Source: Takakia lepidozioides (taxonomy: Eukaryota; Plantae; Bryophyta). From it: a DNA stretch of 64,000 nt. The notes beneath the pieces were generated by a model. It was not told where the DNA came from, ran no database searches, and saw only the letters and a list, made by a program, of their open reading frames with translations. The DNA lies in NCBI GenBank assembly GCA_030704615.1, contig CM060733.1:68758001-68822000 (forward strand), read 5' to 3'. A program made the position numbers and the translations under genes. Within the stretch, counting starts at the first letter, position 1; each line of letters starts with the position of its first letter. Of the stretch, positions 38,220 to 51,400 are shown in pieces.

Positions 38220-39740
38220 GGATGGAAAAAACGGCGCCGAATTTCCATTCAGCGGATGAAGTGGGACGCACCATGGCCCTCCCTCCACCCGAGACGTTCT
38301 CATCCAGAAGCAGCCGGATGGAAAACCGGCGCCGAATTTCCATCCTGCAGGTAAGCGGGCCGAGCGCGGCCGGATGGAAAACTGGCGCCGAATTGAAAAC
38401 TGGCGCCGAATTTCCATCCTGCAAGTAAGTCGGTCCACCTCATTTCTGGAAATCCGGCACCGAATTTGTCTCTACCGGACGACGTTGGTGGGCATAACGT
38501 GCCAAAAAGTGGACCGCAGGCGAAAAACGAATGAAAATTGTTGATGAAGGGTCGATACGGGCGTCTGTTGATGGATATTCGGCGCCGCTTTTCCATCCTG
38601 CAGATGATCTCTTTCGGCCACTCCCCCGAGACGACTCCATCCGTGCGGCCTTGGATGGAAATACGGCGCCGTTTTTCCATCCGAGGGATGTTCTCTGAAG
38701 GCCAGATGTCGGCCTCTCTCCCAGAGACGACTTCATCCGACGGGCCTCGTATGGAAATTCGGCGCCGTTTTTCCATCCGGGGGATGTTCTCTGTCGGCCA
38801 GGTGTCGGCCTCTTCCCCCGAGACAACTTCATCCGAACGGCCTCGGATGGAAATTCGGCGCCGTTTTTCCATCCGAGGGATATTCTCTGTCGGCCAGGTG
38901 TCGGCCTCTCCCCACGAGATGACTTCACCCGAACGGCCTCGAATGGAAATTCGGCGCCGTTTTTCCATCCGAGGGATATTCTCTGTCGGGCAAGTGTCAG
39001 CCTCTCCCCTCGAGACGACTTCATCCGACGGGCCTCGTATGGAAATTCGGCGCCGTTTTTCCATCCGAGGGATATTCTCTGTCGGCCAGGTGTCGGCCTC
39101 TCCCCACGAGACGACTTCACCCGAATTTCCTCGGATGGAAATTCGGCACCGTTTTTCCATGCAAGGGATGTTCTCTGTCGGGCAGGTGTCGGCCTCTCCC
39201 CCCGAGACGACTTCATCCGACGGGCCTCGTATGGAAATTCAGCGCCGTTTTTCCATCCGGGGGATGTTCCCTTTCGGCCAGGTGTCGGCCTCTCCCCTTG
39301 AGACAACTTCATCCGAACGGCCTCGGATGGAAATTCGCCGCCATTTTTCCATCCGAGGGATGTTCTCTGTCGGGCAGGTGTCGTCCTCTCCCCACGAGAC
39401 GACTTCATCCGAACGGCCTCGGATGGAAATTCGGCACCGTTTTTCCATCCGAGGGACGTTCTCTGTCGACCAGGTGTCGGCCTCTCCCCTCGAGACGACT
39501 TCATCCGACGGGCCTCGTATGGAAATTCGGCGCCATTTTGCCATCCGGGGGATATTCTCTGTAGGTCAGGTGTCGGCCTCTCCCACCGAGACAACTTCAT
39601 CCGAACGGCCTCGGATGGAGATTCGGCGCCGTTTTTCCATCCGAGGGATGTTCTCTGTCGGCCAGGTGTCGGCCTCTCCCCCCGAGACGACTTCATCCGA
39701 CGGGCCTCGTATGGAAATTCGGCGCCATTTTTCTGTCGGC
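38220..39740. repeat. Palindrome array; main part is ~12 tandem 96-bp units, each with GGAAATTCGGCGCCGTTTTTCC
   Basis: ATGGAAATTC recurs at 38751, 38847, 38943, 39039 ... 39711 (period 96). Units alternate gacgggcctcgt and gaacggcctcgg. Extra isolated palindromes at 38220-38470. Confidence 0.95.
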
Positions 39741-39988
39741 CAGGTCTCGTCACCCTCCGATTTGACGCCATGTCGAATTAAATTTTGCCCCTCATTCCTG
39801 GGTATGGCTATATTAAATGTTGCTCTTTTTCTTTGCCACTTGCCCAACCTTCGCTCGTGATCCACGCGTTTCAAACCGAGACAGCAACAACACTTGCTCG
39901 CTCCGAGCTCCTCTCACTTCAGCTTCCCCACACTCCCCCTTCCCTGCGCACCCTCTCTACTTCCTGGTAGCCCTTTCAATAGTCGGCG

Positions 39989-40555
39989 ATGGCGTGCCGG
40001 GATCCCAGCAACTGCCCAAACAAGCATCTCACCCCGTGGGACTTCTCGCCCAAGTCAGGGGATATTTTCATATACCTGCAGGATTGGATAGACCACTCTC
40101 AGCAGAGGAGGGTGCACCTATCCGCTCTTGAGTACCTTCCTGGTCTCCACGATCAGCCTCGCCGGGACGGGCTTGCGCGGCTTTGGTGCCTGCGAATCGT
40201 TGATCTGCAGTTTCCGCCAGCATGGAACATCCCCAAGAGCCGCACGGCCTTCCTACATCATTGGAGGTGCTGCCAGTGGGCCTATGAGGATTGCATCGGA
40301 TGTACGTACATGCCAGAGAGGATTCCATTGCAAACAGTGTATGGGGACATTCTCATAAGCTACGAGGATGAGTCCTATGGACACAGAGTCTCCACAACAA
40401 AGATCTCGATTTACGATGGTGCATATATCGGAGGACATGACATCGTTGTCCACTACACCAAAGGCAAACGGGCTGCATCCATTGTCTTCACCTACCGACA
40501 CCCTGTCAGTCATGAACTTGTTGAGAGGCCAATTGAGGTTCTAGCTTCTTGGTGA
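39989..40555 (+). CDS. Transposon-associated ~188-aa Cys/Trp-rich protein of unknown function (ORF-S)
   Basis: Intact ATG-to-stop ORF. Motifs FSPKSGDI, SALEYL, WCLRIVDL, SRTAFLHHWRCCQW, DCIG, YGDI and SIYDGAYIGGHDIVV are shared with homologues at 54854-55435 and 63687-64000. Confidence 0.75.
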   Translation: MACRDPSNCPNKHLTPWDFSPKSGDIFIYLQDWIDHSQQRRVHLSALEYLPGLHDQPRRDGLARLWCLRIVDLQFPPAWNIPKSRTAFLHHWRCCQWAYEDCIGCTYMPERIPLQTVYGDILISYEDESYGHRVSTTKISIYDGAYIGGHDIVVHYTKGKRAASIVFTYRHPVSHELVERPIEVLASW

Positions 40556-40904
40556 GAACAGTGCAACACGGGAGCAAATTCCCAACTTACCGGAGCATGG
40601 ATTGCATGCATACTTTTGGCTTCCCTTGGTTTGTGACGGCATGCATACTTGTCACAGTTCATTATTAATAAAAATGTCTCCTTTGAACCAAAGTTCCACT
40701 TTTTGTGCAAAGTTGCATTTTGTTGAATGTTGACTTTTGGCAGCGAGGGTCTCGCACTCAATCTTGCAATCAGACCCACTGGAATGCCACCTCTGTCAGT
40801 TCCCTCTGTCCATGGGGAAGGTGCTTGCACGCTCGCCCCCCCACGCTTATTGTCAGACGCCACAATTATTGGTTTGTGCAGCGCATCTGCACTGGTCATA
40901 TACC

Positions 40905-42806
40905 TTCTGACTGCATACCATTGGCAGTTATTGCGCAAAGGCCAGGGGCCGCATTCCTGGACTACAGCAAGTTCGCAATTAAATCCGTTACATGCCTTCC
41001 CGCAAACGTCGACGGTAATATCTTCTTTGAGTTCCCTCCTCGAACGGACTATTCGAGGGCGTCCGGAATGTTGACAGATATGGATAGGAAACATGACGGT
41101 CATCCTTGGTGCGTCACCAAAACCACCAGCATGAAGATGCTCGATGGTGTGCGGGTGCGCTACGTTGTTTGTGCGGGCGCGTTGCGGTGTTTCTCTCCAA
41201 CTTGCTTCCATTTTAAATCCAGAGGTCACAGGAACGAGACGGATTGGACAGGCACAACTCATCAACCATTTCGAGCTCAGGAGAAGGTTCCAAACTCCAC
41301 ATTTAAGTGTGCGCATTGCAAAGAACCACCACATTGCATGTCTGTTTGTAATGCCAAGCAGTTCTATGTGTTGCACCGTTTCCCTGACCTCACACGAGCT
41401 TGCATACACATTGGTTCCCATTGTCACAAATTGGCGAGGGGGAACTCGCGGGAGATTGCCCACGAGGCAGAGCAGCTCGTGCAGGAGGAGGTTAAGTTGA
41501 GACCTGGTGCCAAACCCAAACAGATACAGCTGCAGGCCGCCCATAAGATGGCATTGGCCAGAATTATGTCGGAAGACGGCTTCGACAGAGTTCCTCTCGA
41601 TGAGAAGGAAATGGAGGCATTGCTAGAGTCAGTGTTCCACGTCTGTTCACCGAATGTCCAAAACCACATTGTCTCCTGCAAACAGAGAATTGGGCCTGGC
41701 TCGGATATGCACTCCATTCTGGAGGTGAAGCGACGATGTGGATATGACTACATTCATGGAAGTAGGTTTCCAGGACAAGGGACTGAGGCAGATCGCTGTT
41801 TCGTATTCAAAATGTCAACGTGTGGGCCTGGCAGCAGCGTCGAACTGGTCCACCGGATGACGAGTGGGGACTTGTCAAACAGTTGGGTCATGTTCGACCA
41901 TATCAAGCGAATTACAAATCACCAGTGGGTGACAATGGGTGCACATGTCTACGACACCCACTGCAGGATACTAATGACAATTGTTATTTGTGAGATGAAA
42001 GGAGAGGACACACAATCGGAGATGCTTCTTTGGCAGGGAATAAACGAACAGATGGCCAGGGCAGGATTGCCCCCTCCCAATTTCCGTGGTTTCATGGCGG
42101 ACAACGCACAAGCAAATTGGGCTGCCATCCGAAGGGTGTACGGGGAAGACCCCAGTGTTCCGATGAAAAGCAAGGAGAGATCTTGTGGGTTCCATTTTCT
42201 GCAGAGCTTGTCGCAGTACAACAATGGTGAGTTGGCTAGCATGGTGGCATTATCGTTTCCTCCAGTTCGGCGACTATATGCGGGAGGTGAGTTGGACGAA
42301 TTTGCGTCCCATTGAATATTATGCTAGCTACTCATTATTTGTAATTTGCTTGTAACCTCAATATGTGCATGTGCAGGAAATGTGTCTCGACTCCGACTCC
42401 GACACCGACATGCCGACAACAAACATGGCCGAATCAGTATATTTTTCCTGGCGTGCCTCTTCTACGGCGCATCTGGTGGACATCCTCACTGCCACAACGG
42501 AGGACTTTGTGAGGTGTCAATTATGCAGCAATGCAGGTACAACGAGTTCTTGAAAGGGAAACAGTGGGGCTTGGGGCCGGACAGGCAGGAAATGCTGATG
42601 CGGACTGCCTCCAGATCGAAGAATCCTCGGAAGTGGGCGGCAGCCTTGCAAAAGGGCCTTCGGGACACGCCATTGCTTTGAAGTGGCCAACACTTGGAAG
42701 GAGATGTTCACACCCGTCCAGTGAGACGAAGACTTGATGAGGCACCTGGCGGAGAAGATGATTCATGGCAAGATGACAAGAATATTCGCACGCTCCCTAG
42801 GGGCCT
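40905..42806 (+). pseudogene. Mutator-like transposase, copy B (internal deletions, 3' truncated)
   Basis: Same Zn/DDE motifs as copy A (DGHPWCVTKT, WVMFDH, FMADNAQA, CGFH, TNMAES). Conserved intron 42287-42376. Deletion at about 40957 relative to copy C and at about 42222 relative to copy A. Confidence 0.88.
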
Positions 42807-45800
42807 GGGAAAGTTAGGGGAAATACCTCTAGAGCCATTGGAAGCAGATGATACAGATGAGTCAGTTGTGTTTGTTAACCCTGTGGACAGAAGACTTGAT
42901 CAGCTGAACACTACCCTACAGAAGTACTTTGATAGGGGACCAGTCATAGGAGAAAGCTCGAGATCTAGAACACCACCTCGTGTTCGCCTTTGTAATGTTT
43001 GTCACAAAGAAGGTCACATAGCTGCATATTGTCCTGAAGGAAGAACCCCAGCTAAGTGTGACAAATGTCACCGGTTCGGGCATTCCACGGAAATGTGTGG
43101 TGTGAGATGCAACTTTTGCAAGCTACTCGGGCATACGGAGAGTGAGTGCGGTAGAAAACTCGACCAAACTATGATGGGAACTCCGGGAACTAACTTTGTA
43201 GATGTGTTCTATGATGATGAGGATGATGTACTCGCAGAGATGACAGATCTGATGTCACGAAATAGTATCAATGAAGTCAGACTTCCAAGGACACGCATAC
43301 CTGTCCAGAGTCTGATTGTTGAACCTACAGGGTCACCAGAAAGGAATAGTGAGAGCAGTGAACAGCCAAGCAAGACCAAGAGTGAACTTTACCCAAAGAA
43401 CAATTTCAAGAATGCTATAGAAGGAGGTACGAAATCCAGAATCTTGAACCACTTCTACAAAGGGAGAATATCGTTGTCACCCATGGACCTGATCATGACT
43501 GTGCCCGGAGAGCTAGACAAATTAAAATGGCTGGTCAAAGTGGTGGAAAGAGCAATGGTCCAACAAAGGGAGACAACTCACAGTGTAGAAGTTGTGAAGG
43601 ATGTACCAAGGCCTTTGTACTCAGCACACGTTGAGCCCACGATCTCGTATGCTTATACAGGTAAGGTTAAAGCGCTTCATGTAATGATTACAATGGGAGA
43701 TTACCAAGTATTAGGCCAGATTGACACTGGTGCCATGCTTTCTGTAATATCAGCTAGTACAGTCAGGGATCTTGGTTTGATGGGATCTGTCATTACTAGT
43801 AAGGATGTAAATTACAGAGTAGCCTCAGGTGCTCTTGAGACTGCAATGGGCAGACTTGAGGACATCAAGGTCAAAGTAGGAGAACTGACCAATCGTTTGT
43901 CCTTTATGGTGGTGAACACGGATACATATCACATGCTGCTGGGATTAGACTTTCTCAAAAAGTTTGGCGCTGTAGTGGACACCGAAGCTGAAACAATTCG
44001 CGTACGCTATGGGCCAGGAAAGGATTTTGCTCACTTCCCTTTGCACACCATCAATTATAATGAGCCTGCAGTTACCAAAACAGCCTACCATAGAGGGGTC
44101 GAGAGTAGAATGAGATATGCAAGCAGTACGTCAGCAGGTAATGTCTTAACCCTGACGTCAGATGAACAGTACCTAGGCTTGTGGGAGAAGAAAAGAAAAC
44201 CAGAGGAAGAATATGAGGACACGGAGGAAGCATCCTCAGGTTCTGACACCTCTAAATCTGATAAAGATGAGGAGATGGGAGGCTCTGAGGAGAGTAAGGA
44301 GGTAGAAACAGCACTGAGGGATGTTGAGGAAATAATAGACGAGGTCAACCTAGGGGAGGACTTGTTCGAGGACCAAGGGATGTCTGAACTCCTTCAGGAA
44401 GAGACCCATAAGAGCATGGCTGCTGCCATAATACAGGAAGCTTACCAGAAAGCTTGGAATGGTGAACTAGGGAACAACAACCTAGAAATAGAGGATGACT
44501 TCCATGATTGGAATCAGGTTGTCACACAAGAGGAAGGACAGAGAATGGCTAACTCTGTAAGCCAGGTGGAGAAAAAAATTGGGAACCCAGTCAAGAGGAA
44601 GAAATGGAGAGTCGTTGGAGAAGTCTGAAATCCAGACTGCACATCAACCCAGAACTGGCCCCAGAACATAGGATAGAGCTGGAACAAGAGCTGAAAGCAA
44701 ACCAGGAATGCTTTGCTCTTAGCAAGGCTGACTTGGGATACTGCAGTGAGGTGGAACACACAATTGACACACAAGGTTTTCCCCCTTGCAGAATGGGAGG
44801 AAGACGAGGTCCAAGGACAAATTGAGACTTTGATCTCACAAGGCAAGATGAGAGAGAGTAGCTCAGAATGGTCGTGTCCAGTTACCCTTCCACCAAAAAA
44901 GGATGGATCCAAGCGGTTTTGTGGTGATTTTACGCCAGTAAACCGTTTAACCAGAAGGGACTCTTACCCTATGCCATTGATTCAGGATGTTTTAAACCAG
45001 TTGGGGAAAGCCAAGTGGTTTTCTGCGCTGGATTTACAATCTGGTTTTTGGCAGATCAAAATGGACGACCGAGACATAGGCAAAACAGCAGTGATCACAA
45101 AGAAGGGATTGTATGAATGGCTAGTCATGCCATTCGGACTAAAAAATGCCACTGCTACCTTTCAGAGAACGATGAATAGGGTTCTCAAGGAAGAAATCAA
45201 AGATTGCGCTAAAGTTTTTGTAGATGACGTCAATATCCATAGCAAGGACTGGGGAGATCACGTGGGACATATAAAGAGAGTATTGAGCAAGGTTAGAAAG
45301 GCCAATCTTAGGCTCAATCCGGACAAGTGTTACTTTGCCAACTTACAGTTGGTATTCCTTGGGCATGTGATCTCTGAAGAGGGAACGTGGCCTGATCCAG
45401 ATAAGATAGCTGCTATTGAAAGGTTTCCCTTGCCAAAAAACCACATTGCTCTCAAAAGCTACTTAGGCATGACAGGGTACTATAGGCCCTATGTCAAAGG
45501 ATATGCTGGAGTGGCAGTACCGTTGTTCACTCTAACCAAAAAGGATGTGAAGTTTATCTGGAGTGCAGAGGCACAAAACGCCTTTTCTGCCTTACAGGTG
45601 AAGTTGGTAACTGCTCCCATCCTGGCAAGACCAGATTTCTCAAGACCGTTCGTCTTGGATGTTGATTGGTCCATCAAAGGAGTAGGGGCAGTCTTGTCAC
45701 AAAAGGAGTATAAAAAGGATAGGGTCATTGCATACGCCATTAAGGTACTATCTGATGCTCAGCGCAAATATCACCCTATGGAAGGTGAATGCTATGCCCT

Positions 45801-48423
45801 GGTGTGGGGAGTATTACACTTTCGGCAGTACCTGTATGGAACCCCTTTTGTAATCAGGACTGATCACAAACCACTGGAGTGGTTGGCAACGGTAAGTGAC
45901 GCATATGGACGCAGGGGTAGATGGATCATGATGTTACAAGATTTTGAGTTTAAAATTGTTCACAGAGCAGGTGCTAGGCATGCTAACGTAGATGCACTAA
46001 GCAGGTATCCAGTGGGACCAGCTGAGGAAACCGAGGAAATCGAGGTATACTCTACTTCTCTGTACAGTCAGAAAAGAGAAGGGAGAAAGAGGGATGGAGC
46101 CTATCTTCTTAAGCTAGCTTGGGATAGGGGTGCCATCAATGCTTTGTTATTTCAATTTAAGGAGGGTAAGGAGGAGTTGAGAGAAGAAGCTCATAGGCAA
46201 GTAGGGTATAGCAGTGAAAAAGGGGAGATGATTTGCAAAAGAGAAGAGTACTATGCATGTGTATGGGGCCTTTGGCACTTCAAGAAAATACTGTTGGGAA
46301 GTCATTTTTCTTTGGAAACAGATCTAGATCCATATTGGTGGCTGTACTCAGAGCACCACATAGGCATAGACTTACTTGGTGACTTTTCATTTGAGTTCGT
46401 TCCGGGCATAGTAAGACCTTCCACAGGTAGAATGTTGACCAAGGATCATGGCATATTGAAGGGAGAACTGAAACCAGGCATAATGCCAGATGGAGAAGGA
46501 AAGAGGGTGACTTTTGCTGCACAGACTTTTGCTACAAAAAAACAAGGAAAGGGTATTGATCAATCAAGCTCTCTCAATCTGGTAAGGGAGGGTATTTGGA
46601 AGGATAAGGGTGCAGGAAGGATAGAGGCTACTGCAATCAGCAACAAGGAAAGGGAGCATCTGATGCCCTCTTGTCCCACCATCCATGTGATTACCCGAGG
46701 ATCTCGTGCTCGTGATAAGGAGCTGAGCGAGGTACATCCAGCCTGTGAACTTGTGGAAGAGAGATCGAACAATGAAAAGGGAAGCTTGCAAGAGACACCA
46801 TTCCTTCAAGACTTGACAAGCACTCCAACTACAAGAAGAACGCGGGTGACTTCCTCATCAGAATGCCCAGCCAAGGAAAACATGGGGGGTGAGTGTTCCA
46901 CCAAGACGTTTTGTTCTTCAGACAGTGATGGAACAAGTGGTTCAGAACCAGACACTTCTTCTTGCAACAAGATTGATGAAGGGGACTGGGTACCATGGAC
47001 CGCACCCACCAAAGCTACTCAGATGTCATTATTACGTGAGGCTGAAAGATGGGGGAAAAGCTCTCTCATCAGCTCTGACCAGCATACAACATCTGTTAAG
47101 GAGGAAAGGCAACCTGATGTGCTTGATGATGTGGAAGTCATGCACCTCTTATGTTTTGGAGAAGTCAATGACTACCTGACAAAAGAGGAGAGCACGAGAG
47201 CCAAGAGGCGGGCAAGGCAGTACTCCTATCTCAAAGGTGAGGTCTACTTTGATGGAAGGGTAGTTCCACCAAGAACTGACAGAGGGGCAATAATCACTGA
47301 AGTACATGAAGCCACTGGCCACTTTGGAGTCAGAAGAACTCAAGAGGAGATATGCCGACGTTATTTCTGGCATGATAGAACAAAACTCATCAGGAAAGTT
47401 CTCAAGGGCTGTGGTAAATGTCAGATGGCAAAACAGAACGGAGTGTTGCACTCAGGTAGCTCAAAACTTCACAGCATTCTAGTAGTAGATCTGTTTTTCA
47501 GAGTTGCAATTGACACGGCAGGACCATTACCTATAACCAGTAGGGGCAATCAGTACTTTCTGGTGGCAATCGATCACTTCTCAAAATGGATAGAAGCTGC
47601 ACCAGTGGCAGATCATACAGCAGCCCTTGCTGCCCGCTTTCTTGAGGAAGAAGTAATTGACAGGTATAGCTGCCCACATACGTTGCTCACTGACAATGGC
47701 ACAGAGTGGGGAGGTGAGTTTGAAGATACATGCCACGAATACGGTATAAAGAGGGAGCATAGCGCCCCCTACTGGCCTCAGTGTAACGGTATGGTGGAAA
47801 GGGTCATTAAGTCTCTCAAACAGAGCATCACCACCCTAGGAGTTGGAAACAACACTGAATGGGATCAGAATCTCTATAAGGCCCTGTTTGGTTACAGAAT
47901 GGGTGTCCATGCTTCCACTGGATTCTCACCTTTTCAGGTACTTACTGGTAGAATTCCAAGGCTGGGAATTGACAATAGGTTGCATTTTCTTACAACACCA
48001 GTAAATTCTGATGGATCTGTAGCAGAGGTCACACTTATGATGCAGCAGAAAATCCAGCTTCTCACAGAGATGAAGGCAAAGCTGCGAAAAAATGTGAAGA
48101 AAGGGCAGCGGCAGCAGGCAAGGGATTATGAAAGGAGGCATCAAACTGGGCATACCTACTGCAAGTTGATGGAAAACAGCAAGGTTATGATGTTGAGGCC
48201 TGGAAAGAGATCTTCCATGACATCTCCATGGGAGGGACCTTATGACTTTTTGGGGTACAAAGATGCAGGAAACACCACAAGGACAGGGGAAGCTGCACGC
48301 AGATGCAGGCTAAGAGATGGGGCAAACAAGGAATGGACAAGAAGTAGGAGGGACTTGAAACCCTTCGTACCACCAGTGTGTGATCAGCCAGTGAAGGTGG
48401 TCAGTGAGGACCCTGACACTTAA
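42807..48423 (+). mobile_element. Ty3/gypsy retrotransposon gag-pol (three CCHC knuckles, protease, RT, RNase H, integrase), 5' end lost
   Basis: CNVCHKEGHIAAYC, CDKCHRFGHSTEMC, CNFCKLLGHTESEC; protease IDTGA; RT LDLQSGFWQI, MPFGLKNA, FVDD; RNase H LDVDWS...TDHKPL; integrase HHCC, IDTAGPL, TDNG, MVER, WEGPY. Frameshifts near 44590-44790. Confidence 0.95.
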
Positions 48424-51400
48424 AAAGGGAGACACACTACATATGTAGTGTGAATGCAGGGGAGAGAACATCACATATGTTTACCATTACGACCTACATC
48501 ACTATGACGGAGTGCCCGTCATCCCAACTGCAGAAAGGATGTATCCCTTCATGTAGGTAATTTCATGAGCGCACTGAACTTATGCTTTGCCAGGAGAAAA
48601 TGGCTAAGTCATGACGGTACACATTTTCATCCATGCGATGAACGTTTTCATCACTGGATCGCGGGTTGAGAAAAACGAAGAGGAAGATGACGGATGGCTC
48701 GTAGCGGCTGTTGCAAGCAGTGGTGTCGGCAGGGTAGCCTGTGTTAAGAGGTTGTACCTGCGCGGTGGGATCTTGCTTGGCTTAGGAAGCGGCATTAAGA
48801 CGCCTCTGCTTGGTATTCTGTGTAGAAAGAAGCGGTGCCGCCTCTCTCGTAGTGATGATCAATTCCAAGAGATAGAAGCATGTAAGGAAAGCGGCGCACC
48901 ACCACTGCCGCCAGTGCCTTGAAGATGATAGTTATGGGCAGATGAGCAAGCAAGGAAAAGGCCAGCTGCTGAAAGCACAGGAAAGAGAGTCTGGGCACAA
49001 TCAATGGGGGGGAGGTAAAGCATGTGGAGTTCCGGCTGTATGGTATCTCAGGTTCTCTGTCATTAAGCTTCTAGCTGCTTTGTGTCTCCTTGTTATAGGA
49101 CCAGGCCAATTCGAGAGGAAGAATTGCATAGCGTAATCTGGTTGTCAGGCCACAGGATGGTCCAAGTGAAGAAGGGGAGCCATCATGGCGTCATAAGGTC
49201 TGGAATCAAGACAAAGAGAAAGGGTTGAAGTGGCTGCTGACGGGCGATGGCAAGGTACCACCTTGACAGGCAGACCCGCCGCTTCACTAGTGGATAAAAA
49301 CAGATAAGTCGATGAACATAGGCTTCTTTTTGGTGGACTTAGAAATTGCTTTGGTAGATTTAGGACTGCCATCTTGGCAGAAGAGAAAAGGTAGAGACAT
49401 GTGACAAGAAAAAGTTTTTGAAATGGGAATGGAGACTCTGGACTTCAGACCAGAACGTGGAAAGGATGGATGCACCTGATGTTGTGATGACAGTGAGAGA
49501 AATAAGTGAAGAGAGAGAGAAAGAGAGAGCCTGTTCGTCACTGAATCCAGAATGGTCACTGTTGTCTTCATTCTTGCATTCTGATTCAGTGTCATAAACC
49601 TGGAACCAATGTAGATCTGGCTTGTTTGTTTGGAGAGATCAATGATGGTTAGCTGGAGTTGCAAAAAAAAAAACATGGAAAGGATAAGGTGATTTCACTA
49701 TGGGATCAGGATGCGTTCCACAGTTGAAGGGAAAAGAGGGATGTTGGGGTATTTGGGTTGAAGTCTGACAAAAGAGATGAGAGCTGTTTGAGCGATGGGT
49801 CATTGGAAAAAGGGACAAGATAGAGAGAAAGAGAGAGAGACTGATGGATGGGATGGTTGTGTCTTGAGAGACCGAGGATGACTTCAAGGCTGGCCGCACT
49901 GGATGCCTAGCAGCGTGTGCATTCACATTACATGACAGATCTGCTGCTGTGAAATAGTGGGGAACCTGGGGACATAGACAGAGATAGTGAAACAGACAAA
50001 AGGGGAAAAGAAAGAGAGAGAGTGAAAAATGGGATTTGGGTAAGGAGAGAGCTGCAATTCAAAAGGGCTGTTGGGGGGGGGGGGGTTGGCCAATTTGGGG
50101 AGATGAGATGAAGAAAACCTGAAACCTGAAAGAAACCAGTGCCCCTGCAAACCATGAAGATCTGAGCTGCCTCCTCCTAAATCTGTGTCACCACTACAAA
50201 AAGGGGATTTCCGACCTGTCACTGCTCAAGTGGGCTTCACATAAAGGATCGTGTTTACCGCTGCCATTGGGCTGATTTGCATCACTGAATACATTGCACC
50301 AGCATAGCTGGTGCTGTACCTGCTGATAGGGGATGTTGTGTAAAAGGTAGAACCAAGAGTGAACAACAAATTGACTCCCCATCCATGTCTTCCCTTCCGC
50401 TGCGGCGTGGATGAGGATTGCTTGAACTCTGATCACGGAGGAGTTGAGGGAAACCCACAGCCAAGTGACGACAGTTGGACAGATTAGAAAGAACGCTTCT
50501 TTCCTCCTGCTCCGCAATCAATGGAGGGGAGCACAATTAGAATTATACAGAAGGGGATTCACGCCCCTTCTTTTCACACTACAGGGAGCTGTTCCGGACT
50601 GCCATCTACCAAAGGGAATTTCCACTGAGCCCAACAGGTCGAGGGTCGAGTGGGAGTGTGAGGGGGACCGTTATGCCCCGGTGAGCAGCCGAAGCTCCAA
50701 GTTGGCTCGGCGGCCAGTTTGGGAGTTAGGCGCGGGCATCAAAGCGAGTAACTATGACTTGAAGGGGAGCTTACCGAAGTGAGGTGCGCGACACAGAGTG
50801 CCACTTGATGCTCGTCTCAGACAATCTAATTCCTAAGTGCTTCACCAGCGGTTCCCAAATAACTAACAACTTGTGATAATTTGGCAGTACAATGCCGAAA
50901 CTGCCTGGCTGAGGATAAAAAACGATCCGAAAATAAAATTGTACCCATTTTATGCATCTACATATATGGCGACCAATGGGGAACACTCGTCCCGAGTGTG
51001 AAAGAATCCATGATCTCTGGTTCGTAAATCCCCCTACTAGGGTATCTCTCATATCCCTTGGAGTCAACGACTCCCATGAAGAGTGGAAGGTTCCCATGGG
51101 CTCTTCCTCTGTGGAGAGAGTTCAAGTCTCCCGGGAGAGAAGTGAGAAATAAAAAGAAAAAGACAAAAAAACGTTTCAAAGCCACTCGACTCGCCCTCTT
51201 CGGAGAGAGTTTGAGTTCCCAGATAAAAACGTTTCAAAACCGCCATTCTCCCCAACCAGACTGGGTTCGAATCCACTAGATGATGACGAAAGATATGCAC
51301 GGTGCAAATTGATGATCCTATTCTAAAATAGCCTTGGAAGGACTTTTGGTTCCTAAACTAAATGAAAATGATTGGATACTCGAGGACCCTTAGGACCCTA

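Larger units (their letters stand above)
34532..42806. mobile_element. Large Mutator-like transposon, copy B: terminus, MTase cargo (-), palindrome arrays, small ORF (+), transposase (+); right part replaced by Ty3 sequence
   Basis: Terminus GGGGGCTGCTATTTCATGAGC at 34532 is shared with 63233. Internal genes are homologous to copies A and C. Confidence 0.8.

Noticed and set aside
38300-39860. Long ORFs (286-443 aa) on both strands with 32-aa repeats
   Set aside because: A by-product of a stop-free 96-bp (multiple of 3) tandem unit. Sister arrays have other periods, so conservation is at the DNA motif level.
51255-51285. GGTTCGAATCC B-box-like motif
   Set aside because: No accompanying A box or cloverleaf was found.
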